Assembly (NCBI RefSeq): GCF_006345805.1
Contig: NC_043006.1
Span: 99,448,001 to 99,512,000 of the forward strand
Source of the DNA: Octopus sinensis
Taxonomy: Eukaryota
DNA length: 64,000 bases
Reading direction: 5' to 3'
The number at the start of each line of letters is the position of its first letter. Position 1 is the first letter of the stretch. This document shows positions 1-13,318 of the stretch, piece by piece. The translations under genes and the position numbers were made by a program. A model generated the notes under the pieces. It was not told the DNA's origin. It did not search any database and worked only from the letters and a program-made list of their open reading frames with translations.

Positions 1-32
1 AGTATCTCGATTAGTAAAAATAATTAATTACT

Positions 33-120
33 GCAGTCGATTTGTTGGACTTAAAATTCTTCAATGTAGTGCCCCAGCATGGCCACAGTGTTTTGACTAA
101 AACAGGTAAAAGACAAAAGG
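33..120 (+). mobile_element. Decayed 3' end of the common tRNA-derived SINE
   Basis: gtcgatttg..ccccagcatggccacagt..tgactaaaacaggtaaaagac matches the 3' end of the copy at 43082-43497. Confidence 0.55.
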
Positions 121-1724
121 TATGATGTAAACAATTTTAACATAGTAAAATTGATGTGTATCCAATATTACTGTTTCAAGTCAATCCTTTCATTTGTAAT
201 CGTTTGAAAAACAATAAGATTCGCCATACGGACTTATTTAAAAGGATTTGCAAATTTACGATACGTTTGTGTGCCAGACGAGTACTAAAGATCTAGTTTT
301 GTTTCTAGTGAAACTTTTTACATTTCGATTTCACACCTCCAGAAATCTTTCCTTTCTAGTTATCAATCCAATAATTTCCCTACAACACACAATTTTCTAT
401 ATTTATGAAATATATACAATATGGTGTATGCCATAGCCAACAACTTGTAAGAAAAGTGCATTTCAAATTTCGTATTTAATGTAAAATCAGTAGATGGAGA
501 ATTACTGGATTCCCATCTTAGGATCTAACGAATTAGTAAATTTCTAATGCTCTTCATATCAAAGACGTTTCCCTAAATCAAGCATCAAATCATTTTGTGA
601 CAGTAGTATGGATAAATCTAGATATGAGCATAGCTATGCTGCCTCTTATCATGAGATTGTTAGAAGCGTCATGGAGATTCATTTTTGCTTCTATGTATAT
701 TTCTTTTAGATCATATTCTTTAAATTGACATTCCGAGTTATCTTAATTGCATCTGCTTGCATTTCCGTGGACAAAAGGCTAACTCCTGCTAGCAATTCTG
801 TCAACAAAAGATGAATGATTAGGAAATAACTTCCTCATTCAAAACCTAAACCATTGTTCAACCTGGCTTTCACAGAAGGCTAGTAGGAAGTAAACACATT
901 TAGCCGCGATGCAATACATCCAACTTAGCTGCTTCTATAGATATAATGTACAACTTATATAACTTTAAAAAAAAATAATTCCACATTTCAAAAAAGGGTG
1001 GACGCCGAAATGTCCATGTTCACGACACCTACATATTAGATATGACCAAAAGAAAAAAAGAAGCATAGATATGGAATTGGCACGGTGCTTTGTACAAAGT
1101 ATTAAATTTCCTTAGTTTCTGACATAACATCAACCTCAAAATCTAGAGGCAGAAAACATAATTAGATTTATAGTTGGGTGTTTTTAACCGGTAGTTAAGC
1201 TTGCTAAAAGTAGCAGGCATATCCCTTTATTGACAAAATCTACATTTATAAAGAAGTAAACACGCCATTTAGTCCAAGATAAGAGTTCTTTTTAACGCAA
1301 CACATCGCATAGCTACAGCTACTAATATACTTCTGTGGATCATTGTTAACTGCGATCCAATTTGCAAATACAACCTGGAAACAAACCCGATACTTAGGGC
1401 CCATCCCGTACAGCGTATCAATAATACATCGAATTTTCACGCATTTATAAAACAGCGGTACCATGTCCATGCGCAGATGAACAACAACTGGTGATTTCTA
1501 ATTAATGACACGTCTACTAAGCAACGGTATTCAACAACATACTGGAAGTTCGAAAACAATATGAAGAACGTATACCCAAACAATAAATAACGTCACACCC
1601 TGTAGTGTACAGTTGCATTTGAAAGTCAACATAAGATATTGACTATCTGAAGGGCTTGAGCCGAATAAGTAGCAAAAAATTGTTCAATCAGGATTTAATA
1701 ACAGCTAAACAAATAAAGGGTTGT

Positions 1725-1810
1725 GTTCGAAAAATCCAGCAGGAGACCTGATGAAAGCTGGCGAGTGCATCAGCCGATACGTTGTGGTAACAAGAATGCA
1801 GACAATGATT
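1725..1810 (+). mobile_element. PLE-type terminal remnant with decayed hammerhead core
   Basis: CTGATGA..GCTG/CAGC stem..GATAC (GAAA mutated); similar to 32040-32140. Confidence 0.4.
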
Positions 1811-1901
1811 TTAAGAAACGTGATATCTGGAAAAATCGCGTGATGTATTTAAATATTTTTAAATTCGAACCAAACACTATTATACATAGATACATACGTA
1901 C

Positions 1902-2221
<320 letters not shown>

Positions 2222-2233
2222 ATATCTATATAT

Positions 2234-2610
2234 CTTTTACGGGATTCAGACATCTGACTGCGGCTACGCTGGTGGACCACCTTTAAGGGTTTTAGTCGAA
2301 AAAATAAATAAATGAAGTTACTTACTTAAAGCCTACTATTTATTCCATCGGAGTCCCGTGTTACCGAACAGCTAAGTTACGTGCACGTAGACCCACCAGC
2401 TCCGGTTGTTATGTGATGGCTGGTGTAGGGGTAAACAACGACAAAAAGGCACACCCACATAAATATATACATATTCACGACTGACTTCCTTCAGTAACCG
2501 TCTACCAAATCCACTAAGAAGACTTTGCTCGTCCGCGGCTAGGGTAGAAAACATTTGCCCAAGATGCCACGCAGCGAGACTGAACTCGGAACCATGTGGT
2601 TGGGAAGCAA
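2234..2610 (-). mobile_element. Diverged tRNA-derived SINE
   Basis: Colinear with 4538-4937 (gtctaccaaatccact, ttgcccaagatgccacgcag, gaaccatgtggttg). Confidence 0.8.
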
Positions 2611-3685
2611 TATAATTAATTTAATAAAATCAACAAATTTCACCAAGTAGTTTTTCGGTATGAAAAAGGACCATATTCGGTAAAATTATATATAATTATA
2701 ACAATGGGGATCTTTGCAACAGGTTGCTAGACCACATACCGAAAGTATTAGAAATAGCAGCCAGACGAGTATTATTTCTTTAACTACAAAAATATGTCCC
2801 ACAAACAACAGTATTTGTAACTCTCTATGGTAAAAAAACGAAGAAAAACAACGAAATCAAACAATGTCCGGTCAATTATGGATGCACGTTTATCGAATAA
2901 AATCAGAGATTCATTTCCTTTATCAACATATTATTCCGATAAATAAATCTGAAAATACTAGAAAAATCTTACCACCATATATATATATATATATTTATAT
3001 ATACACGCACACACACAAATTACAGGCTTAATGAGCCAGGGTTCTAGAACGAATTTATCCTTTTCCGACCTGAAGCTGGCTGGTAAAATAACTCAGGTTT
3101 CCATTTACAATATCCCAATCAGAACATTTTTGAAACGCGAAACAAAACACTGAAGAAGATCCTTATACATTTATACGTTGGTGTAAAACTAAAAATAGTA
3201 AAATCTTTGTGAACGAAGCGTGCAGAAACGTTTCTTTCACGTTGTGGCTTGATAAAAGCTTTCTTCAAACTTGAAACTTATATTTGAAAAAAATATTCAG
3301 ACAGTGGACATTTGGAAAGAACGCCAGGATCGGTGTATAATACATTTCTAAGCATGGATATTCTCTAACAAATTGTTATTTTATTGCGGTACAGTATGTC
3401 ACAGATTTACTTTTTATGTTATCGCTAGTTAATCAAGATGTAATGTAAAGATCCGATAATCACAAAAGTACATGATATAATTTTTCTGCATATTTCTTTG
3501 TTGAATTACGTATCGACTCAATATCAATCAAATCATATAATGAATTCATTTCCTTTTGCAGGTTTCAAAATTTCTTTTAGTTATATTCCACTCCAAGGCT
3601 AATTTTAAATAGAATGTAACTGAATGTTAAAATTTGCATCCTAGAGTGATGTTAGAATTTGCATCCTAAAACTTGGGGTCAAACT

Positions 3686-4296
3686 AAAGTGCAATAGGTG
3701 TACAACAACATGTACTAAGCGAAAATGTAAAAATAAATGCGCGCCAGCGAACAGAGGGCAGAGAGAGGAAAATTCGCATCAGGTATGTTCCGAATCCTCT
3801 CATCACTTCCTTACCTGTCGGTGAAATGTTTTCCTTCATATTCGTTTAGTACACATTATTTTACATATAGTACACTATTTTTTCGATTTTTGTAACGGGG
3901 ATGGTTAGCGGATAATTAAGACGATCCAGTAACCCCACTTCGACACCCGGTCACAAAAATGAAAATAAATAGTGTAATAGGTGTAAAACAACATGTAGTA
4001 AAGGAATGTGAAAAAAATGCGCGCTGGTGAGCGGAAGGTTTGGGGGAAACGACTCGGAAAATTCACACGATCGATCTCACAGGATCCCAAAACTCAACGT
4101 TAGCACCTGTTCACTAAAAGAGAAAAAGATAGTGTAATAGGTTTAAAACAACATGTAGAAGACGAAATTCGCCGACGAACGGGGAAGAAGTGAGAGGACT
4201 AGGAACATTCCCGATGTGAATTTTCCGAGTCCTCGGCAGCGCGCATTTTATTTTCATATACGTTACTACATGATGTTGTAAACGTAATGCACTATT
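3686..4296. repeat. Nested foldback built from a ~100-bp motif in both orientations
   Basis: Motif aatagtgtaataggtgtaaaacaacatgtag occurs on + at ~3686, 3968, 4129 and on - at ~3880, 4296; 3686-3900 is a diverged reverse complement of 4108-4296. Confidence 0.6.
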
Positions 4297-4537
4297 TTCT
4301 TTGTTCGGGTTAAACACTTTAGTTAGACCAAAGTTGGAGTACATGAACCATTTCCAAGCGATTTAAAGTAATGATCATGAAAATAAAAATTGCTGCATCG
4401 TAAATGTTTAAATAGTAATACACTGTGAGGGGAAAACGGATGTAAGCAATTCCAAAGTTGGATAAATAGTGAGAGGATGAAGTACACTCCTGTTGGAGAA
4501 AGACAGAGTTTTATATTAGATGTATAAAACTGATATA

Positions 4538-4937
4538 TACTCTTTTACTCTTTTACTTGTTTCAGTCATTTGACTGCGGCCATGCTGAAGCACCGCCTTT
4601 AGTCGAGCAAATCGACCCCGGGACTTATTATTTGTAAGCCCAGTACTTATTCTATCGGTCTCTTTTGCCGAACCGCTGTGTTACGGGGACGTAAACACAC
4701 CAGCATCGGTTGTCAAGCGATGTTGGGGAGACAAACACACACACACACATATATATATATATACATATATACGACAGGCTTCTTTCAGTTTCCGTCTACC
4801 AAATCCACTCACAAGGCATTGGTCGGCCCGAGGCTATAGTAGAAGACACTTGTCCAAGTTGCCACGCAGTGGGACTGAACCCGGAACCATGTGGTTAGTT
4901 AGCAAGCTACTTACCACACAGCCTCTCCTGCGCCTAT
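4538..4937 (-). mobile_element. tRNA-derived SINE (octopus-type), full length
   Basis: A-box/B-box-like head (tggctgtgtggt, ggttcagtccc), CORE-like ttgggcaagtg segment, (GTAAAAGA)n tail; further copies at 43082, 53947, 58148. Confidence 0.92.
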
Positions 4938-5230
4938 CTACTTATTTTTATGGTACAACAGGTACCAGAAAAGGGAAGTTGCTGATAGGCATCTCTTTAT
5001 CATGAAATTCAACATTATCATGTGTGTATTTTACTAGAGCCATTTGTATGATTGTGTTTGTTATATCCTGAAGAGAAATGTGCACATTCAAGCAAACCAC
5101 ACATGGGTCTACGTTCCAAATGCCAGTTGAGAGGAGAAATGGAAGGAATGGAAAAGCATTTACATTTCGTTGTACACAGAGCTTCGTCGCTCCGTTCATA
5201 TTCATACATAAAATATATATAATATGTATG

Positions 5231-5274
<44 letters not shown>

Positions 5275-5634
5275 TGTGTGTCTGAAAGTGTGTCGGTGCG
5301 GGTATGGATGTATATTAATACATTGTCGTTTTAAAAGCAGAGAAGTTTAAATATAGTTTTCGCGAAAACCTCCAATTCCTGATGATAATGATTTACGTTA
5401 AATGTTCGCTTGAAATCTTGATTTGAGCTACTGCATTTTCATTTTAGATTTGAACACTGAATACACAGTATATACATATACATATGCATACACACACTCA
5501 TTCACACACACAGAAACACATGCGTATATAAATATATATTCATATGCATGTACATATATGTATACATGCACATATTTGAATACATATATTCTTTTATTGT
5601 TTTCGTGATATATATTAATATGTGTGTATGAATG

Positions 5635-5668
<34 letters not shown>

Positions 5669-6046
5669 TATATATTTATATATATTTATATATATACATA
5701 TATTTACATATATATATATATAATCCATGTACATATCTCTTCTCATTTTCTGGGTTATCTCTGTCAGACATTGCAATGAAATTCCTAATGCTAAATCGAT
5801 AAGAGTGATAGATGCTTCTTTATTCTATTTTGTTCTTTTTTACCGCTTTTTTTGTTTTGTCTTTAATCTCATCTTCTTTGGTGATTTAATATCTATAAAT
5901 TCTGCCACATGAATAGTGGTATTCTAAGTTTTATTCACTTGTTATTGTGCAAAAACGAATCTGCGTAAATCACGGAATATGTATTGCAGTATCTATTTCA
6001 AAGTTCCTTCTGTAACCTCATATTTTTATGTTAGTTTTCAGCATAG

Positions 6047-6152
6047 AAGAAAAAAACCCGAGCGTTTTCCCTGCGACCCACTACTTCTGTTTCCTCGTCA
6101 TATGCTCTCTGCATGGCAGGTTTCATTTGCTCATCGAATCCAGATGAAATAG
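6047..6152 (+). other. Candidate isolated exon (unassigned)
   Basis: Pyrimidine tract with ttttcag/catag acceptors and a perfect AG|GTAAGT donor; one open frame KKKTRAFSLRPTTSVSSSYALCMAGFICSSNPDEI. Confidence 0.3.
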
Positions 6153-7729
6153 GTAAGTTACCAAAAAATGTTTGTGAGGCTCAGATTGGCAATTGGGGAC
6201 AAGGTTTTGGTGTTTTTGATAAACCACCTTATTAATATTCATTTATGCCGTGTCCTTTAAAACATTTAGGATAATAACGATGTTATGCCACACTTAGACA
6301 TTCCATTCCACATGCATGGATGATGGTAATCTATATCAAATACTGAGGTGATATCCTCTCATAAGATATACAGTAAATTGCCCATATAAGAAATCTGAAT
6401 ATATGAATCAAGAGTTATATATCAGTTGCATCTGTCCTGTTTGCTGAGCAATTGTACATATATGAAGAGATAATATGCCAGTATACAACATATAACAAAT
6501 ATTCTATTAACCAATGATACTTAAGCTTGCATTAGAAAATATTTCTTGCGTCAATGTCTGAATCAATCTATGAGCACAAGTCATAAGTGATCAAAATGTT
6601 CAATGTTCTAAATTACGATTTGAGTGTTGTAATGCCAGTAGATTTCATAATAGCTTAGTATTGCATATTTCACAAAGGAATATTGAAACCTTAAAGGAGA
6701 TCTCAAATATCTAATACGTCAATGCATTATTTCCTTTTTAATTTATAAAATCAAACATAGAACTATCCCAATTTTATTCCAATGACCCACCTAGGAATGC
6801 ACGATGTTTCTTGACACTGAGTGAAAGCCAAGGGATTAACTTATTTTCGCTTTTTATAGAAATTATTACTGCATGGAAATGGAGAAGATTACGAGAAATC
6901 TCGAGGTTTGATTAAGAAAATCTCAAACCAAAAAGGACAACAATTAGATAAAATAGTTAACGGAATGTCCTTAAATTGCGTTTAAACACTTGAAGAGACG
7001 TTCGCTGTTGACTTGTCTAAAGTCTCTGTGAGGACTACTAGCCATTTTAACTAGAAACTAACACCGTGTTGATTATCTTATAATTAATTGAAAGAACAAT
7101 CCATTGAATATCTAATTCCAAACTGCCTGTGTTGCGCATTATCATCTGACTGAACAAGAAGTATGCGCATGCGCAATAACATGCTTAAGATAATAGTGAA
7201 CAGCTAGTTCCGCTCCTCAAATCCACGATCGACTGAGCTTGATCTTTAGAACAAACTGCCCATACTGTATCACTAATCAGCATAGAGTGAATGTTAAATA
7301 GATTGCAATGAATTTATATTTAATTCTCATCTATACGATAGGAAGGAAGATAAGATAGAAAGAAAAAATAGAGAGAAAAAATAAAAGTTAAAGAATAAAA
7401 AATAAGAAATAAAGAGTAAGAGTAATGGAAATAAAAGGCAATATAAGCAAAAGACAAGAGTAGAGTAATAAAAGCAAAAATAATAAAAGTAAAAATAAGG
7501 ATAATGAAGTTAGATCCACATATAAATATGAATTAATCAAATTAGAATAGAGTAACAAAAGAGATAAAGACAAAATAATTAAGAGTATAAAGTAGAGTAA
7601 GGGATAAAGAGATAAGATACTAAAGGGCTGAGAATAGGATTTTGGTTTTGACGAGATGATAGTGGTCATAAATAATTTCTTATTTTGACCACTTGTTGAA
7701 ATATATATTGAGGTTGTAATAGTACCGAA

Positions 7730-8268
7730 ATGGAAGAGTTACTGAAGGCAGTCGTAAAACAACAAGAGCAGCAGCAGCAAATACTGAAGTAAACAGAGTT
7801 GTTACTGTCGTCAAGAAATACGACAGAATCATGTTCAGCGGACGGTGTTGCACACGCCATCGTAGAATTTCAGCACAAACCGGATGAAGGTACTACATTT
7901 ACCGTGTGTTATAGATGATACGAGGACAAATTCTGAGAGGCATGCAAGGGGTAGTCTAATGAAAGGAATGTAAGGGTCCTGTTGCTAAAACTTTACCTCT
8001 CCGAAACACGAGAGTGTTTGTAACTTTATTTTGCCGAGAAAACTCGTGAAATTGTGTCTTGATGAAACGATAAATATTTTGAGCGAAAAAAATGTTCGCT
8101 GTTTAACATACAGTGCGGGTGTTTAAATTTAAAGAAGAATGAATCCGACAACTTTGTAACATATGCAGGTATCGCAGAAAATGACAGAGGATTGCCAAGA
8201 AATAATAAACCTTCGAGAAGTTAAAGAAATATAGAAGACAACAGCAACAATAACAACAACAACAACAA

Positions 8269-8329
<61 letters not shown>

Positions 8330-8673
8330 CTAAGAAGAAGAAGAAGAAATAGAAGAAGAAGAGTAGAAGAAGATGTAGAAGAAGAAGAAGAAGATGTAGA
8401 AGAGGAAGAAGAAGAAGAAGAAGAAGAAGAAGAAGATGATGAAGATGAAGAAGAAGAAGAGGAATTAAAAGAAGAAGAAGAAGAAGGAGGAGGAGGAGGA
8501 GAAGAAGAAGAAGAAGAAAAGAAGAAGAAGAGGAATTAAAAGAAGAAGAAGAAGAAGAAGAAGGAGGAGGAGAAGAAGAAGAAGAAGAAGAAGAAGAAGT
8601 GGAATTAAAAGAAGAAGAAGAAGAATTAGAAGAAGAAGGAGAAGAAGAAGAAGAAGAAGAAGAAGAAGAAGGA

Positions 8674-8758
<85 letters not shown>

Positions 8759-9660
8759 AAGAGAAGAAGAAGAAGAAGAAGAAGAAGAAGAAGAAGGAGA
8801 AGAAGTAGGAGAGGAAGAATAATATGCAACCGTGTAAAGAAAGTATTGAAAGAAAAGAGGACAGATAAATTTGAAACTGTGTTATGGTTGCGGTGATCGG
8901 CATTTTAAGAAAGATTGCCCCTTTAAAAATAAAAAAAAATCTTTTAAGTGCGGTTAAATTGGACATAGACAATCAAAATGCTGGTCGAAGAAATATGTAT
9001 AAAAATGAGAAACCGAAAAAAGTCTACTCAACAAAAATAAATTATACCATAGAAAACCGATAATTTGTGTCGGTAAAAATAAATGTTTTCTGATGATAAT
9101 GCAAGTAGATACCGATTAAGACGTATCGATAATTAATAGGCAACATGGATTAAAATAGGAAATCCGGCATACAAAAAATATCTACTAAGATAGCTCGATG
9201 TGTGTCAGAGGAACGAATTCAGTTCTGCGAAATTTCGTGGAGAAGTAAAATAATGGTATCTAAAAATACTATGAATCTCTTCGGTACAGATTTAATGGAA
9301 GAATTCGACCTGTGGGATCTACCATTGAGTACACTATGTAATAAAATGAATGTGTCAAAGTCCGTGTCAGAGAAAGCATCGGAAAAATTGAAATTAAAAT
9401 TAAAGAATTGTAAGAGTGTTCCCTGATGTGTTCTCGAGGGAAATCGGAACGTGTAAAAACATCAAAGTAAAGTTTGAGTAGAAAGAAAATACGGTACTGG
9501 TCTTCAAACCGAAAACGAATGTGGTTTTGCAACGTTAAGCCAAGCTAAGAAGGAACTAAAACGATTGGAAAGCATGGAAGTAATTGAAAAAGTAAGCTAC
9601 TCAGAGTGGGCGGCTCCTACTGTATCTTTAAAAAGAAAAAACATAAAATAAAAGTACATG
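7730..9660 (+). mobile_element. Ty3/Gypsy LTR-retrotransposon relic: gag, zinc knuckle, aspartic protease, start of RT
   Basis: gag-like SLFNIQCGCLNLKKNESDNFVTYAGI (~8095-8175); CYGCGDRHFKKDC knuckle at 8880; MQVDTD*DVSII protease remnant (~9100); NLFGTD; YSEWAAPTV RT start (~9598); many stops and frameshifts. Confidence 0.85.
8236..8822. repeat. Compound (CAA)/(AAT)n/(GAA)n microsatellite inside gag
   Basis: Direct reading. Confidence 0.95.
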
Positions 9661-9804
9661 ATTTACATGTCACGAATATTTGTCCTCGTCTTGTTCGTTG
9701 TCACCGCGACGTTTTGGCTGATATACTCTCCATCCTTCATCAGGTGTATTGGGAAAATTTCGAACCTAGATTCTCATTCCTAAGGTACTTTTCCATGTAG
9801 TTAC

Positions 9805-9832
9805 TATCATTATTATTATTATTATCATTATA

Positions 9833-9865
<33 letters not shown>

Positions 9866-9880
9866 ATTATTATTATTATT
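9805..9880. repeat. (ATT)n tract at the 3' junction of the Dong/R4 LINE
   Basis: Direct reading. Confidence 0.95.
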
Positions 9881-12800
9881 CTATGTTTGACTTTTGCTTT
9901 ATATTTGTACAAGTTGGCTCCAGGTCTCACCCAGAGACCTCAAGGGACAACAGGGTTGGAAGTTCATGTTGTTGTTATGCCTAGTGTGCCATATATTTGG
10001 GGGGGTGGGGATGTTGTACTAATGAATGTCTAAAAAAATAAGGTTCTTTTTTTTTTTTTTAAACCGAAAATTATGTTTGTTTTAAACCTTGAGATTACAT
10101 AGAGAGTATTTTGCGTAGGATATGAGCAGTTCCCATGAGCACTATCTTTTGAACTTCTGCCATTTTTGGGTTTCCTGGTATCTGAGTTAGGTAGCTATCA
10201 GCCCCTTTTGCTATCATTCCCAGGGCACCTATGACAACAGGTATTGTTTTAGTCTTCAGCTTCCACATTTTGCTGATTTCTATTTCAAGATCTTTATATT
10301 TGCTCAGTTTTTGGTAGGTCTTGACAGTACGTTTATATCGATTGGGACAGTCATATCAATGAGGAGGCATGTTCTTTGTTTGAAGTCTTTCAATATGATG
10401 TCTGGCCTATTTGCATCTATCTTCCTGTCAGTTTGAATGGTGAAGTTCCAGAGGAGTGAGATGTGGTCATTTTCAAGCACTGGGGGTGGTTTGTGTTCCC
10501 ACCAGTTTTTTTCATGGGGCAAATCCAGGTTTTTACAGATTACCCAGTGAATATATTGTGCAGCTCTATCGTGCCTGTTGAGATACTCTGTAGGCGCTAG
10601 AAGACTGCACTTGGAAACCATATGGTCAATGGTTTCATTTTGTTGCTTGCATACACGACACGTTGGACTGCTTCTGATCTTTAATATGTTGGCCTGGTAG
10701 TTTCTTGTTGGTAGGCATTGATCTTGAGCTGCTATGATAAACCCCTCTGTTTCAGATTTTAAGCCAGAGGCCATTAGCCATTGATGGGTCAGGGCTTTGT
10801 CGATATCTGCATTATTCGCTCTCTTTGGGTATTTGCCATAGAGAGGTTTTTCTTGCTATTTATTATTTAGAATATCTAAGGCCGCAGTTTTGGCACGGGT
10901 TTTCATGCGCCTAGCTTTTTCTGTGCTTGTTTCTTGTATATCTATCTCTAATTCCGAAATTGGTTGTATTCGGAATTCACGTAGATATTCCTTTGCCTGT
11001 TTTGTGACTGAGTATGATGCTTTCTTGTTTTCATGTTTTGAGACAAGTTTTAACATCCAGTCCTCAGAGTTTTTCAGATAGGTGTCTAGGCCAATTGTAG
11101 CAATCTTCATTGTTATTGCCAGTTGCAAAAGACCACGGCCTCCCTCTTTTCTTGGCAGATAGAGTCGTTCTGTATCTGCCTTAGGGTGGTGCATTCTATG
11201 CATTGTCAACAGGTTCCTTATTTTTCTGTCGAGCTGACATATTTCAGTAATTGACCAGTTAACAATATTGAAACTGTAAGTCACGACTGGTATAGCTAGT
11301 GCATTGATCGCTTCGATCCTGTTTCTTGCATTCAGCTCTGTCTTGAGTATTGCTCTCACTCTTCGATAGCATTCTCTCCTGATCCTTTCCTTCATCTCTG
11401 AATGCCTAATTCCGTTCCCTTCAATGACCCCTAGGTACTTGTAGCTCTCCGCTGGGTCTAGTTCTTTTATGACATTCTGTTGGTCAAGGTTAACGTTAGA
11501 TGTTTCCGTCATTTTTCCTTTGATAAAGGTAGCCTTTGCACATTTATCGAGGCCGAAATGCATTCTGATGTCGTCACTGAATTGTTTGACTATCGCTAGT
11601 AAGCCCTTGAGTCGTTGATCATTTTTTGCAAAAAGCTTTAAATCATCCATGTAAACGAGATGATTTATATTTTTATCAAACATTTTATACCCGTACTGCG
11701 CGTCATTGAGCAGCTTTGAGAGAGGTATTAAGGATAAACAAAAGAGGAGTGGTGACAGTGAGTCACCCTGGAAATTGCCACACGAAATTTTTACATCACC
11801 AGCATTTAGGGATTCACTGTCACTGTTCAGAGTTAGTGTGGTTCTCCATGATCTCATACTTACAGTCAAGAAGTTTCGCAGAGTTGGTGCTATCTTATAC
11901 ATTTCAAGGCATATCCTAATCCAGCTATGTGGTAGGCTATCAAAAGCCTTTTTTTAGTCTATCCAGGCTATTGATAAGTTTTTGTGTCGTTTGTGACAAT
12001 CTTCTAAGATCATCTTATTGATGAGTAGTTGGTCTTTACAGCCGTAGGATCCACGTTTACATCCTTTCTGTTCATTAGGGAATATGCTGCTGTCTGTTAA
12101 AAAACTATAGGTATATTCCGTCAGGACAGATGTTAGTGTTTTGTACATAGTTGTTAAGCAGGTTATGGGTCTATAGTTTTTTGGTTCATTTGTTTCTTCA
12201 CTTTTTGGAAGCAGGAATGTTAACCCATTAATAAGCCAAGGAGCCATCCTACTAGGGTGTTGCAAAACATCATTGTACAGTTCTGTTAGTAGTTCATGGC
12301 TCTCTGGGAAGGCATTCAGCCAGAAGTTAGGAATTTTATCCTTTCCTGGAGACTTCCATTTGCTTGACCTCCTGAGAGCAGATCTTATATCTTCTACCTT
12401 GACACCCTCCCACTTTTGCTCTTCTAAGGGGTCCAGTTCTGTAGATATTCTATCAATCCAGGGGGCCTTTTCGTTGTGTGTTTTTTCTTCTGCCCAGATT
12501 TTATTACAAAATCTCTGCACTTCTTCTTTTGATGGTACAGACCCTGCAGTAAACACTGTTTTTCCTATCTTCCTGTAAAAATTATTGGTGTTATTTTTGA
12601 ACATGTTGTCCTTGAAAAATCTAACATGCTTTTCATACCTCGCTATGCGGGCAGCTTTGGCAGATACCTTTTGTTTGATGGTTTCTATGGTGGCATCAAT
12701 ATCAAGTATAGTTTTCATATTGTATTTTTTCAGTAATTTTTGGGTTTTTGTAGGTTTGGTAGTCTTGTGAGCCTTAAGGTTTTTCAAATATTCAATGTCA

Positions 12801-12975
12801 GATCTAAATATTTTAATTTGTTGTTGCAGACGCTCTTGCCAAGAAGGCTTTTTGTGGGACTGTTGCCGTTTTCTAATCTTTACACCACATAGGATCGTTG
12901 AGATTTTCGCGGATGCATAGTATAGGTGGTTGAGGTTTGTGATATCAACATCATTAACTGAAATTATATCTTTAA
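9881..12975 (-). mobile_element. Dong/R4-clade non-LTR retrotransposon, RT + CCHC + REL endonuclease (3' part), few frameshifts
   Basis: ORFs 11954-13057, 10856-11902, 10304-10774: SPGKDKI, QGDSLSPLLF, YMDD, CRVC..ETIDH..C, RHD, RPDII..D; stop at 10095; ends at a TAA repeat. Confidence 0.9.
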
Positions 12976-13318
12976 ACATCAGATAATATGTGTGAGTGAA
13001 TATCCATATATATACATATACATATGCATGTGGTGAGGAAGAAAAGAGAAAGGACAAAAATAAATAAATAAATAAATGTAAACAGGTTTGACCTTTTACT
13101 GACCATTAACGTCCTTTGTCTCCACCATCTATTTATAGACCCAAAGAACATGAATTCTTTAACCAACCATTCTCCTACACAATGGAGTGTTGATGATGGC
13201 TGTGGCTACACATAAAACAATGTCATTGAAGATGATGATGGTGATGTTGCTGATGATGGTGATGTTGCTGATGATGGTGATGGTGGTGAAGATGATAGTA
13301 ATAACAATAATAACTAAC

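Noticed and set aside
400-1500. Coding-looking minus-strand stretches
   Set aside because: Frequent stops and no motif I can assign; possibly an ancient transposase, unsupported.
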